Origin: Candidatus Pacearchaeota archaeon
GTDB lineage: Archaea > Nanobdellota > Nanobdellia > Pacearchaeales > GW2011-AR1
DNA: 40,932 nt
Direction: 5' to 3'
Assembly: GCA_018304055.1 (NCBI GenBank)
Contig: JAGVWY010000036.1
Span: 1-40,932, forward strand
The notes below the pieces were generated by a model, which did not search any database, had not been told where the DNA came from, and was given only the letters and a program-made list of their open reading frames with translations. The position numbers were made by a program, and so were the translations under genes. Position 1 is the first letter of the stretch; each line of letters starts with the position of its first letter. Positions 19,153 to 28,753 of the stretch are shown here, in pieces.

Positions 19153-19935
19153 ATGGAAATTATTCGAGTAAGATTTATTGAGAAAGCAGAATCTGAAGGA
19201 TGCGAAAGTGCTCCTACAGAGATCTTAAAACATTTCAAAAATATTGAATGTAAGGAAAACGGGGATAGAATAGAAAAAGAAAAAATAACCTTCGAGGAAA
19301 TTCACGTTGACCTAGGCAATCAAAAAGAATCAGAGCATCTTATTTTTGAAAACTCTAAGGAGTCTTTTGAAAAAAATTTTAGAACTTTTTTTATAGGAGG
19401 GGACACAAGCATTAATTTTCCTCTTATAAACGCCTTTTTTACGACAGAAAAAAATCCTTTAGTCCTTGTTTTTGATGCTCATTGCGGATGTTCTAACAGC
19501 GAACTTATGAATAAAAATTGGATTAAAAGAATTATTAATGAAGGAGAGGATGGAAGAAAAATTGTTCTTATTGGGCCTAGATGTTTTGAAGATGGTGAAA
19601 AAGATTTTTTAAAAGAACATAATATTTTGTGTATTACTAATAACTTTTTAGGAGAGGATTTAGAGGGTATATGCGATTCTCTTATGGAAAGATCTAGAAA
19701 TTCAAGCGGATTTTTGATCATTTTAGATATGGATTTTATTGACCCTGCTTTTGCTCCTGGAGTTAATAAAGTTGAGCCAGGGGGATTAAGCACAAGAGAA
19801 ATGATATATTTTGTAAAAAGATTGAGAAAACTAGAAAATTTTAGAGGAGCAGGCATTCTAGGTATTAATCCAAGTAAAGACCTAAATAATATAACTACAA
19901 GTTTAGGAGCTAGAGTTTTAGCTGAATTTTTGTAA
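19153..19935 (+). CDS. Arginase/agmatinase-family protein with degenerate metal site
   Basis: GGDTS, FDAH, DMDFIDPAFAPG, EPGGLS motifs. Confidence 0.85.
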   Translation: MEIIRVRFIEKAESEGCESAPTEILKHFKNIECKENGDRIEKEKITFEEIHVDLGNQKESEHLIFENSKESFEKNFRTFFIGGDTSINFPLINAFFTTEKNPLVLVFDAHCGCSNSELMNKNWIKRIINEGEDGRKIVLIGPRCFEDGEKDFLKEHNILCITNNFLGEDLEGICDSLMERSRNSSGFLIILDMDFIDPAFAPGVNKVEPGGLSTREMIYFVKRLRKLENFRGAGILGINPSKDLNNITTSLGARVLAEFL

Positions 19936-19936
19936 G

Positions 19937-20683
19937 ATGAAAACAAGAGCTTTTATTGCTTTAGACCTTCCAGAAGAGGCTATTAATGAAATAAAACAGA
20001 TACAGGAAAATATTAAAAGAAAGTTTATTTTTACAGAAATTTCTTCTATAAATAAAGAGAATTTTGAAAAACTTAAGAAATCAAAATTCTCTAAGAAGAA
20101 ATCAGAGAACAAGTTCTCTGATACATTCAAAATCAAAGATTTTGAAGTCTTTGATGAATTTTCCTTAGGAAAATTGGATTATTCAAAGTTCTCTAAAAAA
20201 ATTTCTGTTCCAAAAACTTTGAATGATAGAAATAAAGTTTTTGTTAGAGGTAAATATACAGAGCTTGAAAATTTACATTTAACTTTAAAATTTTTAGGAG
20301 AGATAAATAATGAAAAATTAGAAAAAGTTAAAAAAAGACTTTCAGAATTAAAATTTGAAGAATTTACAGCAAAGCTTGATAAGATAGGTATATTTTCAGG
20401 AAAAACACCAAGAGTTCTGTGGATAAAATTAAAAGGAGCAGATATATTGCAGAGAGAAATAGATAATGTGTTAGAAGATTTATTTGAAAAAGAAAAGAGG
20501 TTTATGGGGCATATAACAATAGCAAGAATTAAATATATTAAAGAAAAAAAAGAGCTTATAGAATATCTAAAAAAAATAAAAACAGATATCCGATTTACAG
20601 TAGACAAATTTTATTTAAAAAAATCCACTTTACTTCCAGAGGGTCCTATTTATGAAGTTATTGAAGAATATCCTTTAAAATAA
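19937..20683 (+). CDS. thpR: RNA 2',3'-cyclic phosphodiesterase (2'-5' RNA ligase) with ~70-aa insertion
   Basis: RAFIAL, LHLTLKFLGE, PRVLW, HITIAR, GPIY; two HxT motifs. Confidence 0.9.
   Translation: MKTRAFIALDLPEEAINEIKQIQENIKRKFIFTEISSINKENFEKLKKSKFSKKKSENKFSDTFKIKDFEVFDEFSLGKLDYSKFSKKISVPKTLNDRNKVFVRGKYTELENLHLTLKFLGEINNEKLEKVKKRLSELKFEEFTAKLDKIGIFSGKTPRVLWIKLKGADILQREIDNVLEDLFEKEKRFMGHITIARIKYIKEKKELIEYLKKIKTDIRFTVDKFYLKKSTLLPEGPIYEVIEEYPLK
20033..20243. repeat. In-frame nested palindromic cassette inside thpR
   Basis: At least six inverted-repeat pairs of 9-12 bp. Confidence 0.8.
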
Positions 20684-20777
20684 AATATTTACAATAAAAA
20701 GCATTTGTTAGTTTAAATATTTTTAGTATGGAATATCTATTTTTCACCATGCACTACTTTAAAAATTTCTATTTTGT

Positions 20778-21137
20778 GTGATTATTTTAATGGAGACATT
20801 AAAAAAAGAGAGGCATCAAAAAGAGAGGAAAGACCTTACTAGTAATATTATAGAAAAATCTGAAAGAGTTGCAGAACATCTGTCTGAAAGAGTTGCAGAA
20901 CATCTTAGACAATATCCTGATAAAATTCCTCCTGAAATTTCTTTATATAATGCAGATGCTAATATTTTAGAACAGGTTAGAGATTTTTTGCAAGAGTCTT
21001 TAAGAAATAAAGGATTAAAATATAAAAGACCTGATAGAGATGAGGATATTAAAGTTGTTATAGGTTATAAAGAAGAGGAGTATAATGTGGATGTAGGTTA
21101 TTATCTACGAACTTACGACTCTTTAAGAAATAAATAA
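20778..21137 (+). CDS. Hypothetical protein with tandem SERVAEHL duplication
   Basis: ORF; 23-bp repeat at 20859-20881 and 20883-20905. Confidence 0.55.
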   Translation: MIILMETLKKERHQKERKDLTSNIIEKSERVAEHLSERVAEHLRQYPDKIPPEISLYNADANILEQVRDFLQESLRNKGLKYKRPDRDEDIKVVIGYKEEEYNVDVGYYLRTYDSLRNK

Positions 21138-21169
21138 GAGTTTAAAAGGTTCTTAAATTCAGTAATAGG

Positions 21170-21835
21170 TCAAGAATTTAATAAATTCTTGAATTCACCT
21201 GCTTTGCTTTTCAATATATCTTTAAGTTCTTCTTCTGATGCATTGAAAATAGATAATAAGTTAGGGAGTTTTTCCAGCAATTTTTCTGATTTTTTAGGAC
21301 CGATTCCTGGAAATGCTTCTAGAACATATTTTTTTTGTTCTTCTTTTGTTTTAGGGATTCGCGAATGCAAGGAAATTGGGCTTTTGGTTTTTTTCTGTTG
21401 TTTTGCTAAAGTTATCAAGTATTGCGCAGTATCTTTGCAATCTTCACTAAACAACAAAGGCATTTGATAGTTCATTAAAAGAGATATAATAAAACCTCTC
21501 AATGCCCCAGAAATATCTGAATTTTCCTTGTAAACCTGGTTAATATCCCCTTCAATAATCAATAATTTTTTAGGATATTCTTGCATTTGTTTTAATTGCT
21601 GAATTAATCTTTTGCTAATCATTGAAGAGATGAAATCTGAAATAGTTTTTCTCTCTATTATGTTTGTACCTATCACATAGTCTGCTATTTTTAGTGAGCT
21701 TATCTCCAATATAATTTCTTTGGAAGAAATTAATTCTGATAAAACAAGAGAATTTTTTTCGTGAATATCCGCTATTATCAATGGCTTTTCTTTTATTTTT
21801 TCTTTGCCTCTTTTTTTGAAAATATTGTGGAGCAT
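21170..21835 (-). CDS. ERCC4/XPF-type nuclease with HhH domain
   Basis: ADIHE, ADY, IERKT..DF, IIEGD, FPGIGPK. Confidence 0.9.
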   Translation of the reverse strand: MLHNIFKKRGKEKIKEKPLIIADIHEKNSLVLSELISSKEIILEISSLKIADYVIGTNIIERKTISDFISSMISKRLIQQLKQMQEYPKKLLIIEGDINQVYKENSDISGALRGFIISLLMNYQMPLLFSEDCKDTAQYLITLAKQQKKTKSPISLHSRIPKTKEEQKKYVLEAFPGIGPKKSEKLLEKLPNLLSIFNASEEELKDILKSKAGEFKNLLNS

Positions 21836-21844
21836 TTTTTATTT

Positions 21845-21972
21845 ATGTCAGAAAAATAAACTGCACCTTTTAAGGTGCAGACAGTCGTAAACAACTGTCA
21901 GATTTTTCTGAGCATCCAAAAAACTCACAAACCACACACTTTAGTGTGTGGTAAACTCAGAGAGTTTTTTTG
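21845..21972. repeat. Intergenic multi-hairpin cassette
   Basis: Arms TCAGAAAAAT/ATTTTTCTGA, CTGCACCTT/AAGGTGCAG, GACAGT/ACTGTC, AAAAAACTC/GAGTTTTTT, ACCACACACT/AGTGTGTGGT. Confidence 0.8.
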
Positions 21973-21975
21973 ATT

Positions 21976-23427
21976 TTAAAACAGCTTTTTTTGCTCTTTA
22001 TTATCTATTAAAATTTTTCCGTCATTTAAATCTTTTTTTATGTTTTCAATTGTTCGGTACATTCTTTTTTCTCTGCTTCTAGATGCATAATAAAATATTT
22101 CATCTAATGTATCAATGGTTAAAAGGATTATTAGCTCGCCTTTCATTAATCTTGCAGTCCTACCAGCTCTCTGTATTTTTCTTATTGCAGAAGGAATTGG
22201 CTCATAGAAAATTACTGTATTAACTTCAGGGATGTCTAGTCCTTCCTCACCAATTGATGTCGCAACTATAAGATTTATTTCACCGGTTCTAAACTTTTCA
22301 ATTAATTCTTGTTGTTCTTTTTGACTTAACCCCATTCCTGATTTTTTTGCTTGACCAACAAAAACTTTTGCTCTTATTCCTTCAATATTAGTTAATTGTT
22401 CACAGATTTTCTTGGCTGTATCTCTGTATTGCGTGAAAATAATAAATTTATTTTTTTTATTCTTTTTGATAAGATCGTCAACTAGAGAGCTTAATTCTAA
22501 AAGTTTTGGATGCTCTAATTTTTTTGAAATAAGCTCATTGATTTTTATATAAACTTTATTAAAATCTTGGTTTTTTGTTATTTGCTGAACAGCTTTTGAT
22601 TGTTTTTGAGAAGCTTGTTCAAACATGGATTTAATATAATTTAATGATGAAAAGAGAGTTTGTGTTTCTAATAACTCAATTAAATGCGATAATTTGATAG
22701 CTTGTGCACATGCGGAAGCTCCAGATAAAATATTAAAATTTCTATTTCCGGAATGAATTTGAGCCATTATTTTATTTTGTAATTTTAAAATGTTTGTTTT
22801 AGTTGGAGGCTCAAATAATAATTTTCTATTTTTTAGTTCTTCGATTTTTTTATTATAAAGGTTTTTTATTAGAGAAGTAATTTCTTTAAATTCTTTAGGA
22901 AATTCTACTTTGATAATTTTAAATTCTAATTCTTTTAAATAAGACTTTACATCTTCAGATTCACGAGTTCTAATTTCAATAGTTTCAATTCCAAGATTTT
23001 TTGCTATCTGCTCAATTGTTTTTCTATCTGTTCCTGGCGAAGCAGTAAGTCCTAGAACCTTTTTATTAATTGCTTGTTCTTTATATTTCTCAGCAACAGA
23101 GGTATAGGCGTAATTTTTTAAGCATCTATGAGATTCATCAATTATTAATAAAGAAACATTTTCTAAGTTATATAGATTATTTATAAGATCATTTTTTAAA
23201 CATTGCGGAGTAGAAAATATGATATCAGAAGATTCCCATAATTCTTTTCGTTTATCTGCGTTTATTTTTCCAGTAAACAAAACAAATTCAGCAAATAATT
23301 CTGGAAGATGTTTTTTGAAATAAGTTAAATGTTGTTCTGCTAATGGCCTTGTGGGAGCTAGGAATAAAGTTTTTGTTCCAGGGAATGAACGTTGTGTGTG
23401 GACTGAAAGCATCAATGCAATAAGTTA
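21976..23427 (-). pseudogene. Hef/FANCM-like SF2 helicase, 5'-truncated
   Basis: LAPTRPL, DESH, TASPG, ATSIGEEGLDIP, QRAGRTAR present; Q-motif and Walker A absent, in-frame TAA directly before LIALML. Confidence 0.75.
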
Positions 23428-23494
23428 GAAAAACTAAACTAAAGGTTATAAGGTTTGTTAATTTTATTAGGATAATCTAATTTATCTAATTCTT

Positions 23495-24223
23495 TTATAT
23501 AAAGAGGATAATTAATCCTATTAGATATAATAAAGTTAATACAGCCCATATCCCATTAGTTCCGAAGAAAATCTTTGCTCCGTCTAGATTGCTTATGGGA
23601 AGGAGATTCCATAATCCATAATAAAGTGAGTAAAGAGCAAGCTGTTCGCCTAAAGAGATTCCAAACAAACTTAAGATATATCCTATAATAGCTATTATTA
23701 ATAGAATCCAGATTCCTGCTGATGCAGTGTTAGCTACATCTGTTTCATGAGCAAATTCTTTTCTTAATCCTCTTTTCCATCCTCGGTCTTTTACGAGCCT
23801 TCTAGAGGTTATTTCTTCATAATCAAACTGGAAAAAGGAAAAAGGCTTTATTGTTCCAAGAGAGAAAATAGCAAGAAAAAAAGGAAAAATTATTCCTAAA
23901 GGAATAGGTTTTTTATAAGAAGATTCTTTAGCGAACCAAAATGTTTTCAATTCCCATATAGAATGCTCGATTTTTAACGCATGTTTTTTTCCTATTATTT
24001 TCTTTGCGTAAAATGAGGAAGTAATTATAATAAGGAAGATGAAAAGAGTAGTTATGATTTTTATTGGCTCACTCGGAATTATTGGAATAAAACTTATAAA
24101 TGAAGCTATAATGGAAAATAGTAGGATAAGCACTATTTCTTTTTTTGATAGTCTATGATAATATTTTTTGGAAAGTTTTCTTTTGCTCTTTTTCGGAAGT
24201 TCGTACCTTATTTTCATAATCAT
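23495..24223 (-). CDS. M50 (site-2 protease)-like membrane protein lacking HExxH
   Basis: ASAG...NLLPISNLDGAKI motif; multiple TMs. Confidence 0.65.
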   Translation of the reverse strand: MIMKIRYELPKKSKRKLSKKYYHRLSKKEIVLILLFSIIASFISFIPIIPSEPIKIITTLFIFLIIITSSFYAKKIIGKKHALKIEHSIWELKTFWFAKESSYKKPIPLGIIFPFFLAIFSLGTIKPFSFFQFDYEEITSRRLVKDRGWKRGLRKEFAHETDVANTASAGIWILLIIAIIGYILSLFGISLGEQLALYSLYYGLWNLLPISNLDGAKIFFGTNGIWAVLTLLYLIGLIILFI

Positions 24224-24274
24224 AAAAGAAGGATAATTTATTTAAAGGTTTAGTTCGTTATTATTTAACAAAAA

Positions 24275-25099
24275 ATGAAAAAAGGAGAGACAATTAAGAT
24301 TTCATTCGGAAATTTCAAGAAACATTTTAAGAAAGTTATTTTTCTTATATTTATTGTTATCATACTTTTTAGTAGCTTTTATACTGTAGATGCTGGAGAG
24401 AGAGCAGTGGTTTTGACTCTTGGAAAAATGTCTCTTATTCCTAGCAAGCCTGGTTTTCATTTTAAAATTCCCTTGGTACAGAAGGTAGTAAAGATGGATG
24501 TGAGAACCCAGAAATATTCTGCAGAAGCAAGTGCTGCTTCTCGGGATTTGCAAGACGTATTTACTGAAGTAACTGTAAACTATCACTTATCTCCTGATGA
24601 AACTCCTTCAGTTTATACAGATTTAAAGTTAGCATACGAAGACAGAATTATTCAACCAAGCGTTCAAGAAGTAGTTAAAGCTGTTACTGCTCAATATACT
24701 GCAGAAGAATTAATAACGCGGAGGGCTTTTGTTAAAGATGCTATACAAGTTCAATTGGGCGAAAGACTTCAAAGATGGAATATTGTGCTGGATGATGTAT
24801 CTATAACTGAATTTAAATTCAGTGCTGAATTTACTAAGGCTATTGAAGCTAAAGTTACTGCAGAGCAGCAAAAATTAAAGGCTGAACGGGATTTAGAACG
24901 GATAGAGATAGAAGCTCAGCAAAGAATAGAGCAGGCAAAAGCAGAAGCAGAAGCTTTAAAACTGCAGAAGCAACAACTTACTTCTGAATTGGTTGAGCTT
25001 AGAAAAATTGAAAAAGAAGTTAAAGCAATAGAGAAATGGGATGGAAAACTACCTCAATATGTTGGTGCAGGAGCAACCCCTTTTATTAGTTTAAATTAA
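24275..25099 (+). CDS. Prohibitin/SPFH-family protein
   Basis: PGFHFKIP, SRDLQ, YTAEELIT, EFTKAIEAK, KWDGKLP. Confidence 0.92.
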   Translation: MKKGETIKISFGNFKKHFKKVIFLIFIVIILFSSFYTVDAGERAVVLTLGKMSLIPSKPGFHFKIPLVQKVVKMDVRTQKYSAEASAASRDLQDVFTEVTVNYHLSPDETPSVYTDLKLAYEDRIIQPSVQEVVKAVTAQYTAEELITRRAFVKDAIQVQLGERLQRWNIVLDDVSITEFKFSAEFTKAIEAKVTAEQQKLKAERDLERIEIEAQQRIEQAKAEAEALKLQKQQLTSELVELRKIEKEVKAIEKWDGKLPQYVGAGATPFISLN

Positions 25100-25147
25100 T
25101 ACATACCCAACCACAGAAAAGTATTTAAATAGATTTTTTCTTTTTAG

Positions 25148-25462
25148 ATGATGTTAAGAATAAAGAAGGTAAGCGAAGTCGTTGGAAAGAAAGTTTTTAC
25201 TGACACGGGAGATTTTTTTGGAGATGTTGAAGAGGGTAATTTAGTTGAAAATAAAGTTGATAGTTGGAGAATTAGAGTAGCAAGCAGTATAGGTTCTTTT
25301 TTAGGAGGCGCTAAAGGAGTTATTATACCTCATCAATTTGTGCGAGCTATTGGCGATGTAGTTATTGTAAGCAGATCAAGTTTGCCACTGGAAGAAGGGG
25401 GAGATAGTGTAGGAGAAACTGTTGATTTGCGGGAAGAACGAGGACAAGAAGTTGGCATATAG
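25148..25462 (+). CDS. PRC-barrel domain protein
   Basis: GKKVFTDTG..FGDV, IIP...VRAIGDVVIV. Confidence 0.88.
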   Translation: MMLRIKKVSEVVGKKVFTDTGDFFGDVEEGNLVENKVDSWRIRVASSIGSFLGGAKGVIIPHQFVRAIGDVVIVSRSSLPLEEGGDSVGETVDLREERGQEVGI

Positions 25463-25513
25463 GAAAGTTTTTAAGTAAGTTATTCTATATTTGTTAAAAT
25501 TAAAAGAGGTTTT

Positions 25514-26017
25514 ATGGCAATACCTATACTTTTCGTATCTCCGTTTTTTGTAGAATATATTCTTCCGTTTGTTTTAGTTTTTACAATTGTTTTTGCTGTT
25601 TTGCAAAAAACACAATTATTTGGAGAAGATAAAAGAGCAATTGACACTTTAATTGGATTAGTTATTGGATTAATCTTAATAGGATTTCCTTATGCCCGTT
25701 CATTAATTATTTTGTTAATGCCTTTTTTAGCTTTTTTTGTTGTTTTATTGTTGGTTTTCATGCTTTTGTATGGATTTGCGAGCGGAAAAAAAGATAGTGA
25801 GGGAGGTATATTAAGTTCTGGATGGAAAATAGCGTGGATTGCTTTTATTAGTTTATCTTTAATAACTTATCTTTTAATCATTAGTGGTTATTGGGATTTT
25901 GTTTTAAGCTTATTTTTTGGGACGAGAAGCGGACCTATTTTAAGCACAATAATAATGATAGTTGCAATTATAGCTGTTATTGTAGCAGTAATAAAAGGAG
26001 AGAAAAAAAGTTCATAA
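25514..26017 (+). CDS. Multi-TM membrane protein, paralog 1 of 3
   Basis: ILPFVLVFTIVFAVLQKTQLFG motif. Confidence 0.8.
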   Translation: MAIPILFVSPFFVEYILPFVLVFTIVFAVLQKTQLFGEDKRAIDTLIGLVIGLILIGFPYARSLIILLMPFLAFFVVLLLVFMLLYGFASGKKDSEGGILSSGWKIAWIAFISLSLITYLLIISGYWDFVLSLFFGTRSGPILSTIIMIVAIIAVIVAVIKGEKKSS

Positions 26018-26363
26018 GAACGTAAACTTTTGCATTTTATGTGCAAAATACTGCAAAAGTTTCCGAACTGAACTACAGAAATTAAAAACTCATAAATTAA
26101 AATTTCTGATACTCCAACTTTAAAAAAGTTGAAGTTTTCTGTCTCATTCAACTTTTACAAGTTGAAGATTTTGTTGAATCCCCTTATAAAACACCAAAGT
26201 CCCTCAAGTAAAACGCAAAAGTTCAGAGAACGAAATATATATAAACATAAATTATTTAATTAATACAGCAGACCAACAAAATTGAAAAAATCTGTTGTTC
26301 CGCTGTCTATTAAACCAATAAAACAAATAGAAAAATTAAATTGGTTCAATATAAAAAGAGAAG

Positions 26364-26900
26364 ATGGTTAATCATTTTTTTTATGGATATAGTATTGCTG
26401 ATTTACTGAATAGTTGGGCAAACATGGGAGTATTTGCTTATTTGCTTCCTTTCTTAATGATTTTTGCATTAGTTTATGGAATTCTTTCTCGTACTCAGAT
26501 TTTAGGAGAAAATAAAGGAGTCATGGCTACAATTTCTTTAGCTTTTGGTTTATTAGCTTTACAATTTGATTATGTTTCTGGATTTTATGCAAGTATTTTT
26601 CCATATGCTGGAATGGGATTAGCGGTTCTTTTAGTTGCCATTATTTTAATGGGATTAATTGCTCCTGAAGCTAACTGGGCGCCATTTGTGTGGTTTGGCA
26701 TTGGCGTTGTTATATTTTTATTTGTTCTCTTATCATCTATATCAGATATGTTTTGGCTTGGAGGAACAGCTATAGGATTAGTTAATGCTGCTCCTGCTCT
26801 TTTAGCAGTTGGATTAGTTTTAGGAATCATGGCATTAATTATTTGGGGAGGAGGAAGAGGCGGAGGCGGAGGAGGTGGGGGAGGTAGAAGAACACCATAA
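26364..26900 (+). CDS. Multi-TM membrane protein, paralog 2 of 3, poly-Gly tail
   Basis: LLPFLMIFALVYGILSRTQILG motif. Confidence 0.8.
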   Translation: MVNHFFYGYSIADLLNSWANMGVFAYLLPFLMIFALVYGILSRTQILGENKGVMATISLAFGLLALQFDYVSGFYASIFPYAGMGLAVLLVAIILMGLIAPEANWAPFVWFGIGVVIFLFVLLSSISDMFWLGGTAIGLVNAAPALLAVGLVLGIMALIIWGGGRGGGGGGGGGRRTP

Positions 26901-26901
26901 T

Positions 26902-27411
26902 ATGGCAATAGATATTTCAGGAATATTTGTATTCATGCCTGTATTTAGTTTTTTACTCATCTTTTTAGTAGTTTATTCTGTTCTTGCAAAAACAACAGTT
27001 TTAGGAGAAAGCGGCTGGATTAACATTTTTATTTCATTTACCATGGCTATTATTTTTCTTAGCTTTTCTTCCTTAGAATTGTATGTTTTAACTATTGTTC
27101 CTTGGGCTATTGTTCTTCTTATCTCAACATTTTTAATTTTATTGATAGGAGGATTTGCAAGCGGAAAGTTAGAGATAATCATGAACAAAGGATTTGGATG
27201 GGTTATAGTTGGATTTTTAATCGCTATTTTTTTAATTGCAGCAATTTATGTGTTTAATCCTGTGTTTCATCCTGATTTAATCATTGCTTCTGGAGAAGGA
27301 ACAAGTTTCGCGCGACAAATTTTTTCAGGAGATAATGGAAGAGTTTTCGGAACTATTTTATTAATTATTATTGCTGCGGTTGTTTCTCTTGTGTTAGCGA
27401 AAAGCAAATAA
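26902..27411 (+). CDS. Multi-TM membrane protein, paralog 3 of 3
   Basis: FSFLLIFLVVYSVLAKTTVLG motif; ATG 26902. Confidence 0.8.
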   Translation: MAIDISGIFVFMPVFSFLLIFLVVYSVLAKTTVLGESGWINIFISFTMAIIFLSFSSLELYVLTIVPWAIVLLISTFLILLIGGFASGKLEIIMNKGFGWVIVGFLIAIFLIAAIYVFNPVFHPDLIIASGEGTSFARQIFSGDNGRVFGTILLIIIAAVVSLVLAKSK

Positions 27412-28248
27412 TTATCTTAGATAATCTTCAAATTCTTTATTTTTCTTGTTTTTTGTTTTATGAGGCTCTGAATCTCTGATATTATCCACGATAGGATTCA
27501 CCATTTTTGAAAATGAATCCTGGGTTGCTTTTAGCTCATCTGAAATAGTTTTTATGTCTTCTCCATATTCTCCAACTTTTTTGATAATAGCAAGTTGTAA
27601 TTCATTAAGTGTATTCTCTATTTTATCAATTCTATTATTTATTCTCTTAATATCCTCTGAAATTGCTTTTTTAGATTTTATTAAAGATAAGATTTCCTTT
27701 TTTGTCTTCATCATTTTTTCTTCTATTATTTGGTTAGTAAGGTCAGAAACAGCTTCGAAATCAATTGTTTGTGGAGAGGTATATTCTGGATAATATTGTT
27801 GTGAGTATTCTTGCTGGTCTTGAGGTTCTGTTAATTGTTGTTCTGGATATCCTTGATATTCTTGATAAGGAGAAACTGGAGGTAGTTGCTCTGGCGTTTG
27901 ATATGGTTGTTCGAATGTTTGAGGTGATTGTTCGAATTCTTGCGGAACATTTAAATAGCTGGTTTCTTCCCGTGAAGTTTCTTCCTGGTCTTGAGGTTCT
28001 TCTTGAGTAGGTTGTTGAGTAGCAAGAGTTCTTGTATCCATTGATGGTTGTAAATCTGATGGATGGTTTTTGTAAGTTGGTCTAGGAAAGTTTTCTGGAT
28101 ATTTTGTTAATTCTGATTTTATTTCTGATTGAGAAAGCGCTTCATTTATTTCTTTTGGAGAATATCCCTGGCTTTTTAATGAGAAAATTATCTGGCCAGT
28201 AGGCATTCCCTGATTTTTCATCTTCGTAATTTGTTCTATGACTGACAT
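27412..28248 (-). CDS. Hypothetical protein: N-terminal helical domain, Q/P/E/Y-rich linker, coiled coil
   Basis: LKSQGYSPKEINEAL; heptad-like C-terminus. Confidence 0.75.
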   Translation of the reverse strand: MSVIEQITKMKNQGMPTGQIIFSLKSQGYSPKEINEALSQSEIKSELTKYPENFPRPTYKNHPSDLQPSMDTRTLATQQPTQEEPQDQEETSREETSYLNVPQEFEQSPQTFEQPYQTPEQLPPVSPYQEYQGYPEQQLTEPQDQQEYSQQYYPEYTSPQTIDFEAVSDLTNQIIEEKMMKTKKEILSLIKSKKAISEDIKRINNRIDKIENTLNELQLAIIKKVGEYGEDIKTISDELKATQDSFSKMVNPIVDNIRDSEPHKTKNKKNKEFEDYLR

Positions 28249-28253
28249 TTTAA

Positions 28254-28619
28254 TTATTTAATCTTCAATTTATTATTAATCATTTTTTCAACATCTTTCA
28301 TTCTTGCGAATTCTAATGGCTGAAACAACTGGAATTGCCTTTTCAATATATCGAGTTCTGATTTTCTCGCAACATTGCTTAACTCATTTATTATTCTTTG
28401 TTGCATTTGTTTTAGCTCTTTAATCTCAGATTCTAAAGCAGAGATAGTCTTTTTAATTTCAAAATTTTCATTGTCAAATTCTTCTTTTGTAGATATAAGA
28501 TTTTCTCCAATCAATAATGCTCTATCTCTTAAGAGCCTTTGCTTTTCTTCAATCTCATTAAGTCGCGTGCTGAACTCTGATAGAAGAGAATTTACAGAAT
28601 CTTGTATTTGGTCAGCCAT
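28254..28619 (-). CDS. Coiled-coil hypothetical protein
   Basis: Heptad pattern; SD-like AGGTGA upstream. Confidence 0.75.
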   Translation of the reverse strand: MADQIQDSVNSLLSEFSTRLNEIEEKQRLLRDRALLIGENLISTKEEFDNENFEIKKTISALESEIKELKQMQQRIINELSNVARKSELDILKRQFQLFQPLEFARMKDVEKMINNKLKIK

Positions 28620-28753
28620 TTTTCACCTTTTTACTTTAAAAGTAATAATCAAGAGTTTAAATTTGTTTTTGTTTTTAAAAAGGTTGTAGTTATGAATTAA
28701 AATAAGTAACAATATACAATAATCCATATAAACCATTAAAAATAAGTTAGTTT

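Noticed and set aside
21845-21972. Possible tRNA from the cloverleaf-like hairpins
   Set aside because: No TTCGA T-loop, D-loop GG or 7-bp acceptor stem; too AT-rich
26845-26886. GC-rich tract as a second DGR variable region
   Set aside because: Simple GGA/GGC/GGT poly-Gly tail with many A-ending codons
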